A stretch of DNA of 64,000 nucleotides from a virus. Numbering within the stretch: the stretch's first letter is position 1; each line of letters opens with the position of its first letter. The stretch is from the IMG/VR virus record IMGVR_UViG_3300006141_000001. One strand, given 5' to 3'. Positions 1 through 8,663 of the stretch are shown here, in pieces. The translations under genes were made by a program, and so were the position numbers. The notes below the pieces were generated by a model. That model had not been told where the DNA came from. It was given only the letters and a program-made list of their open reading frames with translations, and did not search any database.

Positions 1-55
1 TTTTCTACTTTATATTTTGAAATAAAAAAGCACTTACATTTTATAGTAAATGCTT

Positions 56-265
56 TTAGTATTCTTTTCCATCGGAAAATCTGAAAAAAGAAATATATTC
101 ACATCCTATAATAGTAGCTATCTTTTCCAGTTCTTCCCTTGTAAATTTTCCTGTTTTCATGCGTTGAGAAAATCCAGATTGACTAATCCCAAATTGTTTT
201 GCAAGTTCTGTAATGCTTATATTTGCATGAATACAGGCTGTTTTGATCTGTTCCTGTATTGTAAT
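56..265 (-). CDS. XRE/Cro-C1 HTH transcriptional regulator (ATT start; missed by ORF track)
   Basis: GGAGG SD 8 nt before ATT; 69-aa open frame (M)TIQEQIKTACIHANISITELAKQFGISQSGFSQRMKTGKFTREELEKIATIIGCEY... with HTH pattern. Confidence 0.8.
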   Translation of the reverse strand: MTIQEQIKTACIHANISITELAKQFGISQSGFSQRMKTGKFTREELEKIATIIGCEYISFFRFSDGKEY

Positions 266-346
266 AACTATCGCCTCCTATCTAAAACCACTACACTATT
301 GAAAAAATGTGATTCTGGTATAGAACTCCCTACATTCCACATTTCT

Positions 347-375
347 ATTATATCAGATTCCACAATTTCAAGCAA
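347..375 (-). promoter_or_regulatory. Sigma-A promoter for the XRE gene
   Basis: TTGCTT-17 nt-TATAAT with TG extension on minus strand. Confidence 0.6.
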
Positions 376-514
376 GAAAAATTAAATTTCATCTTCTATC
401 TGTTCCCAATACTCCTTTGGAACATCTTCTCTTAATTTTATTTTTCCCCTTTCTTATTCTTTTTATATTTAGGGCATACAATTTTAATTTAAGCCATATG
501 TCTTATTTTCAGGA

Positions 515-1372
515 TTATTCAGTTTCACATTCCCCCAAGATAAATTTCACGGATTTTTCTGCCCGACTGGCAGCCAACACGATAAATTTTGTGTCATTTT
601 TTAATACTTTCAACCAGTTTTGGATATATGCAACATTATTTTTGAACGTTTTGTTCGTTTCTATGCCGCATATATTCAGCAAATTTGAAGCCCCTATTTC
701 TGCCACCAGCTCTTCTTTTGAATATGTTTCGCTTTCAAACTTTGCATTTTTATCGTTCTCCCCGAATCTTTTAAGTCTGGTTGCATGCCCAGTACTATGT
801 ACGGACTCATGGAATGCAGTTGAATAATACTCTTCGGAATTACCAAACTGCTCAATTAGAGGCAGATGGATCAAATCTAACTTAGGCGAATAATACGCCC
901 TGTTACTCGCCATATTCTCAAAAGAAATGCCTTCTCTGCCTATGTAATCTGCGATTATCTTTTCAGCATGAGTAATAGGCTCAATTTGGTTTAGTTCTGG
1001 TTTTTCCATTGGTTCTACGCCTTCCACCTGGGAAATATGAAATACATTGTAATACCTTAGAATGGGGATGTTTTTTACAATTTTATTCCCCTCCTTATCT
1101 GTATCCTGAAATGGCTGGATTTTCCAAAATACTACCATTTCAGATTTTTCTCCTTTTCGTACATGTCCGCCAAACTGTTGCCATTGCTTAAATGTGGCGT
1201 ATTCACCATCGTTCTGGAGTAGCATCTGATTTAAAAAAGAATAGGGCTTTCTAGTAATACGATTAAAAGCCCCAGAGCAAAGCCCAGTCCATGGTTTTTG
1301 CCATGGGATTATGCCAGCCTCAAGCTGAGAAATAATCTTTTCCGTTACTAATTCGTATACATTTTTTCCCAT
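515..1372 (-). CDS. ardC: ArdC-family ssDNA-binding anti-restriction protein with zincin-like C-terminal domain
   Basis: PWQKPW, YSFLNQMLL, TFKQW..GG.VRKGEKS; HESVHSTGH (HExxH) and EELVAEIGA. Confidence 0.88.
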   Translation of the reverse strand: MGKNVYELVTEKIISQLEAGIIPWQKPWTGLCSGAFNRITRKPYSFLNQMLLQNDGEYATFKQWQQFGGHVRKGEKSEMVVFWKIQPFQDTDKEGNKIVKNIPILRYYNVFHISQVEGVEPMEKPELNQIEPITHAEKIIADYIGREGISFENMASNRAYYSPKLDLIHLPLIEQFGNSEEYYSTAFHESVHSTGHATRLKRFGENDKNAKFESETYSKEELVAEIGASNLLNICGIETNKTFKNNVAYIQNWLKVLKNDTKFIVLAASRAEKSVKFILGECETE

Positions 1373-1408
1373 AATTTTTTCTCCTTTTATGTTAAGAAGC
1401 GCTAGGTG

Positions 1409-1675
1409 TTATCCTGCCGCCTGTTTCATTACTATATCTCCTGCATTCTTCTTAATGTACCACTTGATGTATTTCTTTCGTTCTTTTGTCTTTGGACTTT
1501 TTATAGGTGATATGTTTTTTAAGTATTCTGCCTTAATCCACAGTTTGTTGCCGTCCTTATCCTTACACCCGGCAATCAACTCTGTACCATATCCGGTGTA
1601 TGTTGGTCTTTCCCCTACCCTGGTATGTACAGACGGTATGCAACTACCCAAGCGCACTTTTTCGGTATACGCCAT
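1409..1675 (-). CDS. Hypothetical protein
   Basis: 88-aa basic ORF co-oriented with and directly upstream of ardC. Confidence 0.5.
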   Translation of the reverse strand: MAYTEKVRLGSCIPSVHTRVGERPTYTGYGTELIAGCKDKDGNKLWIKAEYLKNISPIKSPKTKERKKYIKWYIKKNAGDIVMKQAAG

Positions 1676-1742
1676 GAATCATACTCAGAAGCCCGTCCCA
1701 TATGGATCATTTTAGGCTTCTTTTCAGACAACCTTTTATATT

Positions 1743-2875
1743 AGGAAGGGAAATATAAGGCCTTGCTGCCTTTTTTTGTTTCCCTTCCTTGAATTTTTCA
1801 AGGAACTATTTCATAAGAACGCCCGTATTAGCACTATTCGGGGAAAGAATGTCCCCTATCTTATGAAATTTTGTGAAATTAGTTTCGGGAAATCCCCTAC
1901 TTACGGCACCGCCACGGGAAGGCTTTCACATGGTGCCATCTTTGCCAGCAGGGGCTTTAGTCTTACGTGGCGTAGTGCTTTGCCACTGCCTTGCCCCTAT
2001 GCGAATCCGCATTCTGGCATATATCTTGACTGCCCTTGCCTAGTGTTTTTCAAAGCCTGAGTGCTTCATCCATCCGCTTCCTAGTCTGATAGTGGCTTTT
2101 ATGTCCCGGTGGTGCCCGGTGGTTATTATGCCACGTACTAGGAAGTTTCTGCTTCCTCAGTGTTTGCCACTTCTGGAAAGTGCCTCCTATGGTTCAATCC
2201 CAGCTTTTCTTGCCGTGCCCTTACTGGGCTAGGATTTCACTGCCATAGAAGGCTGGCAGCCCGATATACGCCTTATGCGGCGGGTCTCTATCGCTATAGA
2301 CCATTTGCGCCCTTATTTACGGCCAGCAGTGACCGTCACTGTATTTATAGGTTTACTGTCCCTTTTTTTACCAGGTGGGCAAGACGCTTATCCTGGTTGC
2401 TTTGGTCTACGGGTTCCCGGCCTTCCCATTTACGGCTGGAAAGGTACTTATGTACCGTCCTCTTGAGTGCTTTGCTCTATGGATACTCACCAGGCACATG
2501 CACGGATGCACCTGGCTTTCGCCATATCCTCTACACTCTTGAGGATATATACCCCATAACTTTTTGGGGGAGTGGCAGGGTTTGATGCCCTGTCAGTATT
2601 TAAGAGATTCGCTCTCTTTTCGCGCCCACCTTCTGTTGATAAGGGATTGTGGGGAATCCCGGTGCAGGCACAATTTTTTACAGAGGCGTTGCCCGTCTTG
2701 AGCCTCTTTTGGGATGATTACGCTGTCCCCCTTGCGCCAACCAGGTTATTATTTTTTCGTCCCCTATCCTGGTTTGGTATATGGGACTAGATAGATATAT
2801 CCACTTATTACCCTAAAGAACGATGTATGCACTCATTGCCACGTGGGCAGCCCTCACGTCCTTAACTGGTAGGCC
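1743..2875 (-). ncRNA. Putative long structured non-coding RNA / leader of the ardC operon
   Basis: GC-rich relative to flanks, no minus-strand ORF of 60 aa or more, many consecutive short stem-loops with A-rich linkers on minus strand, downstream of a consensus promoter. Confidence 0.5.
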
Positions 2876-2878
2876 TCA

Positions 2879-3004
2879 CTACCTTTTTTTATTCACTACC
2901 AGATTTATCAAAGCTATAATAAACAAGGCAAATGAATACTTATTTCTAATCATTACCATGCAAATTATGGAAATGATTAGTAAGGAGATGTTGATTTTTT
3001 TCAT
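2879..3004 (-). CDS. Small membrane peptide (41 aa)
   Basis: MKKINISLLIISIICMVMIRNKYSFALFIIALINLVVNKKR; two hydrophobic stretches, basic ends. Confidence 0.55.
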   Translation of the reverse strand: MKKINISLLIISIICMVMIRNKYSFALFIIALINLVVNKKR

Positions 3005-3019
3005 ATTGTTTGGTATAAT
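2991..3019 (+). promoter_or_regulatory. Sigma-A promoter antisense to the 44-aa peptide gene
   Basis: TTGATT-17 nt-TATAAT with TG extension (tggtataat). Confidence 0.6.
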
Positions 3020-3063
3020 GGGCTTGTGTTGTCGGGCGGGTTTCCCCGCCCCAACACTTCTAG

Positions 3064-3198
3064 CTACCCAACAAGAGCCTTTAACAGACCCGCAATAGCG
3101 TCTATTAAAACTGAAATTGCTGTTATGACAGCGGCGACTGCCAATAGCATTTCAGAAGGCTTTTGATTGGGCTTTTTCTTTTTAGGTTTCTTGCCCAA
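3064..3198 (-). CDS. Small hydrophobic peptide, type I toxin-like (44 aa)
   Basis: AAGGAGG SD, TTG start, MGKKPKKKKPNQKPSEMLLAVAAVITAISVLIDAIAGLLKALVG; followed by a GC hairpin at about 3033-3051. Confidence 0.7.
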   Translation of the reverse strand: MGKKPKKKKPNQKPSEMLLAVAAVITAISVLIDAIAGLLKALVG

Positions 3199-3288
3199 AA
3201 CCTATCGCCTCCTTTCTTTAATTTTTAAGGTACGGCGGCGTGGGACTGCCTAGTCAAGAGGTTGTTTCTTATCTCTTAACTTGTATAT

Positions 3289-3317
3289 ATTATAGCATAC
3301 AAGTTTTGATATGTCAA
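3289..3317 (-). promoter_or_regulatory. Consensus sigma-A promoter driving the leftward early operon
   Basis: Perfect TTGACA-17 nt-TATAAT on minus strand. Confidence 0.85.
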
Positions 3318-3390
3318 TACTTTTTTTCAAAAAAATTTATTGTTTTTTCTACTTTTTTTTGATATACTTACACTACAGAAGAAAGGGAGG

Positions 3391-3627
3391 ATGATGCAGT
3401 TGGTATACGATGGTGACACTAAAAAGATTATAGACGAAATCAGGCATAAAATGATTGATACAAACACAAGACAGAAAGACATAGTTGACAAATTAGGTTT
3501 GAGCAAGTCTACGGTATCTAACTTTTTAAGTTGTAAAAGTAAAAACCCAACATTAGATACACTTAAAATGTTTTGTGATGCAATGGACTGCGACCTAATT
3601 ATCAAAATACAAGAACGCGAAAATTAA
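3391..3627 (+). CDS. XRE-family HTH regulator, divergent from the early operon
   Basis: GGGAGG SD before ATG 3391; QKDIVDKLGLSKSTVSNFL...NPTLDTLKMFCDAMDC. Confidence 0.85.
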   Translation: MMQLVYDGDTKKIIDEIRHKMIDTNTRQKDIVDKLGLSKSTVSNFLSCKSKNPTLDTLKMFCDAMDCDLIIKIQEREN

Positions 3628-3854
3628 AATTTGCACTTAAATTTAATAGGATTAAACAAGAATGACAATATTTTTTAATACTTTAATCCTTGCGTAACTG
3701 GAAAGAAATGACTGCTCGAAAAGGACTAGAGATATTAGTCTTTATATTGCTTGGTGTATCTAGGTGTGTTGTATGCAGTATTTTAGGTTTAGTTTAGGCT
3801 TGTTTTTATGAAGTTTGTGTGTATTGCTTAATATAGTACTAAAATGTAAAAATC

Positions 3855-3868
3855 GAAACACACGTTCG
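3855..3868. promoter_or_regulatory. Possible LexA (SOS) box
   Basis: AAAC-ACAC-GTTC, one mismatch from the Firmicute GAAC-N4-GTTC consensus. Confidence 0.3.
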
Positions 3869-4081
3869 AAACGGCAATTTCGAACTATATCATATCATTT
3901 TGCTATGAAATACTTTTATAAATTGTGTACATTTTTTTGTTTTTAGCATAAATTTTCAGATATTTTTATGCTCATTTTTGTATTTGTATAGAAGACATAT
4001 GTACGCGCACAAAGGACTTTATGCCCCCTGGTGCTGTGTATGCTCATAGCATATATAGATTTTAAGACCTAAGATTTAAAA

Positions 4082-4115
4082 AACATACAGGAATACTATA
4101 CTATTCCTGTATGTT
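4082..4115. repeat. 14-bp perfect inverted repeat with 6-bp spacer
   Basis: AACATACAGGAATA-CTATAC-TATTCCTGTATGTT. Confidence 0.85.
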
Positions 4116-4251
4116 CTGTACCGGGCGGGGGTTGGTTTACATAATTTTTTAAACCTATAATTTATTAGGTCGCCCTATCATATCTGCTCAGACGCAACTT
4201 ACAAAAAATTCGCTTCTCTTTTAAAATTATCTGACAATTTAAAAGCAACAC

Positions 4252-4841
4252 CCATAAACATCTCGAAAAAAGGCTCGGAAAATGCTCGGGACACAAAAAT
4301 AAATCTCTTAAAAATAAGTGAACACTAAATTGTCTGACAATTATAAAGAGACCAATTATCTGCCCAACAACCATAAAGCACCAACTAAATGACCAATAAA
4401 TCAAATAAAAATCCATCAATTTCCCGAACCCAATACCCGAACCAAACTCCTACAGAAAATTTCCCATAAAAATACCGATAAATTAGCCAAGAAAATCCAA
4501 TCAACATATCCCATAAAAATAGGCATTTTCAGAAAGAAAAAATCAATCCAAAAATACCTCAATTTTATCTAATTTCCCGAACTCCCTCTCATTGCGTTAA
4601 CTCACCAGACACATCAATATCATAATTACATAGCCAAAAAATGCATATGACATTATAGAGCCTCCATAAAATAAAGGAAAAACATTATACGATATCCTAT
4701 GAAAATCAAGAAGAAACTAAAAAAGAAAATAACAAGAAATTTAAGACCCCCACATAGACCATCATTTAAAGTTCCTAAAATTATATAGCCAGATATCAGA
4801 AAATCAAAAGCATGTTATGCATTTCCGTAAAAATTCCATAA
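4252..4841 (+). repeat. Dispersed direct repeats CCATAAA (x6) and CCCGAAC (x3)
   Basis: CCATAAA at 4252, 4371, 4464, 4511, 4664, 4835; CCCGAAC at 4423, 4436, 4576; all on the same strand. Confidence 0.6.
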
Positions 4842-5573
4842 ACGCAGCACATGCCATACCATCAAGACAGCCCGTATTATCATTATTATTGCCTAACTAC
4901 TCTCCCACTATTCCAAAAATTCTCTCCTGGTAATCGTCTATCAGAAATTCCGTATAATTTCGGCGTGAAATCTGCATCCTATACAATCCACACCTCCAGA
5001 AATCCCTTAATAAATATGAGATAAAATTTTTATATGTTTAAATTACAGAAAAACACACCTAAAATCAATTTTAACTCATTATGGCACAACTTTACCCTTA
5101 CGATATTAAAATTGAAATTTGCCGTCTAAAGTGAAATTCAATCAACAGATCTTACCAAGCAAATATTCTGTCATATAAGTCATTTATAGAGATATTCATA
5201 TCATACTCAGTTTACAGGCTCAAACATATTATAGCAAACCATATAACATAAAACCCATAAGAGGGGTGTATTTAACATTTTTCACAATACACATTGCACA
5301 GAAGAGTAGTATTGAAAATATAGATGAAGATAATTGCCAGATATAATTTGAAATTTGATTGATTTAATATTTTCTTTTCATCCAGAAATAAAAACCACAA
5401 TAAATATTTATTTACATATCTATTGATTGTCAGATATCATCTTTTGCTTAGAAAAATATAATATCAATATTTGTAATAGATATCATATCATTTAATTATA
5501 ACTCTATTTCTGTAATTTTAAATCACTACTGCTATCCATATTTTTCTATTTTATATAGTTATAGAAAATGAAA

Positions 5574-6221
5574 GAACTGAACCACTACCGGCTAAAGCCG
5601 GTAGGTTCGGTGTGCTGCTGAAGCAGCCTAAAGCTGTTTCCCCCGTAAAGTTTTCATTTACCCCGATACGTTTATCCTATCTCAAAGTTATCGAATTTTG
5701 TTTTCTCCTGCAAATCCTGATTTTTGATATACTCCTTGATAATTTCATCCGTCACATTCCCGCTGCTTGCCACAAAGTATCCCCTTGCCCATAAATGCTG
5801 TCCCCAAAACTGTTTATTTAATTCCTTATATTCCATCTGCAGTTTCCGGGATGTATTTCCTTTTATATATTGCACCAGCTTACTTGCTGAAAGATGTGGC
5901 GGAACAGAAACCAACAGATGTATATGGTCACTTCCCACATGTCCTGCCAGTATCTCCACTTCATTACTCTGGCATACCATGCGGATCAGCTCCCTTGTCC
6001 TTATAGCTATCTTCCCAACTATTACGGGTTTGCGGTATTTCGTGATCCATACCAGATGGTATTTAATATCATACGTGCAATGTGACGATTTCCTGTAATT
6101 TTCCATATCTTCACCTCAGGTTTAGTATTCCTATTTTTGCTTTATCTAAACCTGAAGCTATGGGGTTTACCTAAAGGTTTCGCCTAAAGGCGAGGGTTTT
6201 AACCCCATTATACAGACAATA
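5574..6221 (-). mobile_element. IS200-like insertion sequence (tnpA only); ends approximate
   Basis: Y1 transposase flanked by subterminal hairpins CTACCGGCT-AA-AGCCGGTAG (5585-5604) and GGGGTT...TCGCCTAAAGGCGA...AACCCC (6162-6206). Confidence 0.85.
5672..6106 (-). CDS. tnpA: IS200/IS605-family Y1 transposase
   Basis: YHLVWITKYRK, DHIHLL (HUH), LWARGYF, EYIKNQ (catalytic Tyr). Confidence 0.95.
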   Translation of the reverse strand: MENYRKSSHCTYDIKYHLVWITKYRKPVIVGKIAIRTRELIRMVCQSNEVEILAGHVGSDHIHLLVSVPPHLSASKLVQYIKGNTSRKLQMEYKELNKQFWGQHLWARGYFVASSGNVTDEIIKEYIKNQDLQEKTKFDNFEIG

Positions 6222-6760
6222 AATTATTCTTTCAGATTCTATATTTTTTTGCAATACGGAAATTTCTGTAAAGCCGTACAAAACATATCTCTGTAAATCG
6301 GAAGACTACATAATGTAGACTTGCAAAAAAATCACTACATGGTGTAGAAGTATTGAAAGATGACCGTTTTCCTGCAATACATAAATAAAAAATGTGAATT
6401 GATATGGTAGAGATTTTTATATTGCAGAATATATGCCTAATAAAAATACTATCCAAAGTGATTGCCACAAGTTCTGAGGAGGAAAAATCAAAAACATGAA
6501 AAATCTACAGATACAAATATGTGATATAAGAAATATGAAGAAGATGGTTTTGATAAGAAAAATTTGGATGTGTTTCAATAGATATAATTTTTACAAATGT
6601 TCCAGGAGAAAAATAAGAACATATTATATTCTGTCATTAAAGATATCCTAAAAATATGAAAACCTTATAGCAAACAGATATTTCATAAAAAATCATATGG
6701 CTTATTATAAAAATTATGTATTTATCCTAAAAAGAAAAAATTTGTATTGTGGCCGGGGGT

Positions 6761-6807
6761 TTGGGGGCGGGCAAAGTCGTATTCGCAAGAATACGACTAG
6801 CCCCCAA
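6761..6807. other. GC-rich stem-loop with GCAA loop
   Basis: TTGGGGGC..AGTCGTATTC-GCAA-GAATACGACT..GCCCCCAA. Confidence 0.7.
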
Positions 6808-7099
6808 TATATAGGAGTAACAGATCACATCGCTATATAAAATACATAAATATATCTGATTACTAGTATAGAAAGATTTAGAAAAATACAGAAGAAAAAT
6901 ATTATACAAAGATATATAAAGGGATAGGCTCGTCTTGCCTTCTGCAAGCCAAGCCTATGTTCGCAATCTGGAGATTGCTCACCTTTGTCAAAAAAATGGA
7001 AATAAAATAACTGCACCTTGAAAAATAGTAATTATTTGAATTACTTATATAGATAGATGTACAAATCATATATAAATCACAAAAATATATGGGGAAAAT

Positions 7100-7311
7100 A
7101 AAAAATCATTCAAACCCTCCCTATATATATTAATACTTAAGGGAGGGTTCGAATGATTTTTTCAGAAAATTTATTATATTATCGTTTAATTATAGCATTT
7201 ATCAATAAATTATCAGAATATTTATGTTTATTTATTGAATTATGCAAAACTTCCTTCAAACCCTCCCTATATATATTAATACTTAAGGGAGGGTACGAAG
7301 GAAGTTTTTGC
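7100..7311. repeat. Two copies of a palindromic element sharing an identical 40-bp core (candidate origin)
   Basis: TTCAAACCCTCCCTATATATATTAATACTTAAGGGAGGGT at 7109-7148 and 7255-7294, each with different self-complementary outer arms. Confidence 0.9.
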
Positions 7312-7565
7312 AACCCATATTTTCCCCTTATGACATATTACGAATTATGAATGTATATCAACATGCATTGTTTTGTAATCTGTTTTTTTATATTTTTAAT
7401 CCAAGATTTACTCTCGCATTGACAAACACAAATTACGGATAAGATGAATTATTAAATGGCAACCAACGACATCTTATTTTTATCACTTCAAAAGTAGTAA
7501 GTATTAATGTGGCAATCAAAACCATCACAATTATAACACAAAATCAAAAAAGGAGAAACAAAAAA

Positions 7566-8660
7566 ATGGAAAAAGAAAATATTAAATTAGGAGAAATTAG
7601 TGAGGAAGAATTAGTCAAAGCATTCGGATCAGACGCACAAAAGAAATCTTATGAAGAAAATGGAAGATTTATTGGCAATTATAAAAACGCATTATTAAAG
7701 AAGATGTCAAGGTATTGCAACATCAAAGAATCAAAGAAACGCACATATGAAATATCTGAAGTGTATGAATATCCATTGCCATCAAATTTCAATAAAATGA
7801 ACAAATCGCTGTATAAGTACATAGTCCCATTGCTGCTCAATAGTCTGATAAATGGGCATGACAAAAATAACAAAATTGACATCACCATTGGAAGATGGGC
7901 AAGAGAAATCAATATGGTAAATAAAAATTACAGTCTAGTAAAATCACAGAAAGAGGCGACAAGCAAGGAAATCCAGTATCCCCTTGAGACAATAAATGAA
8001 TTTTACAACAAAGCGGATGACATGATTGACTGGTATATCACAAACGCATTAGATTACCTAAAATCTGCCGGTTTAATTATCTGGCGGGATGTATACCGCA
8101 TCAATAAGGAGGTATCGGATGAGAAAATTACAATTGATGAAAATGGCACTGTATATGCAGATATATCTATTGAAAGCCACCAGGCATCCAAGGACGAAAT
8201 GGATTTTTACTCAAAATGCATTGACATTGCAGATAAGGAAGCAAACATAAGCAACGAGTCTGAACGGTATTACAGCAAAAAATCAAGACGCTTCAACGAA
8301 GTGTTAAAAAGGGAACTCTACAAAGAGAAGATAAAATGCGTATATATGACTTATGAGGCATACTACATCAACCTTGACAAATGCAACTACCTGCTCTCCA
8401 AATTTGGCAGCTTAAATATAGAAGATGTAATAAAGGACTTCAACCAGGAGTTTACGGACATGCTCATTGAGAATGCCGGAAAGAGGTTTGACAAACAGCC
8501 GGGCAAGTACATTTACCATCACGACAAAGACGATTATAAACTATGCTTCCAAGGACTGTGTGAGATGACAATTGATAAGGATACAGAATTTCTTGGATAT
8601 AGGATAAAGAAGAAGACGATTGAAGATGACTATAAATTACAGATACAGGAAGGACAGTAA
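7566..8660 (+). CDS. Hypothetical protein, candidate replication initiator
   Basis: AGGAG SD before ATG 7566; lies between the duplicated palindromes and the helicase; function inferred from position only. Confidence 0.6.
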   Translation: MEKENIKLGEISEEELVKAFGSDAQKKSYEENGRFIGNYKNALLKKMSRYCNIKESKKRTYEISEVYEYPLPSNFNKMNKSLYKYIVPLLLNSLINGHDKNNKIDITIGRWAREINMVNKNYSLVKSQKEATSKEIQYPLETINEFYNKADDMIDWYITNALDYLKSAGLIIWRDVYRINKEVSDEKITIDENGTVYADISIESHQASKDEMDFYSKCIDIADKEANISNESERYYSKKSRRFNEVLKRELYKEKIKCVYMTYEAYYINLDKCNYLLSKFGSLNIEDVIKDFNQEFTDMLIENAGKRFDKQPGKYIYHHDKDDYKLCFQGLCEMTIDKDTEFLGYRIKKKTIEDDYKLQIQEGQ

Positions 8661-8663
8661 AAA

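Noticed and set aside
1776-2790. Plus-strand ORFs (94, 141, 63, 72 aa) in the GC-rich region
   Set aside because: No convincing SD, atypical composition, antisense to the strong leftward promoter; expected by chance in GC-rich DNA
5574-6221. TnpB/omega-RNA system in the IS200/IS605 element
   Set aside because: The element has only tnpA, with no room for tnpB
7109-7294. 40-bp direct repeat as a mini CRISPR array
   Set aside because: Only two copies, a 106-bp spacer, palindromic extensions and no cas genes in the window
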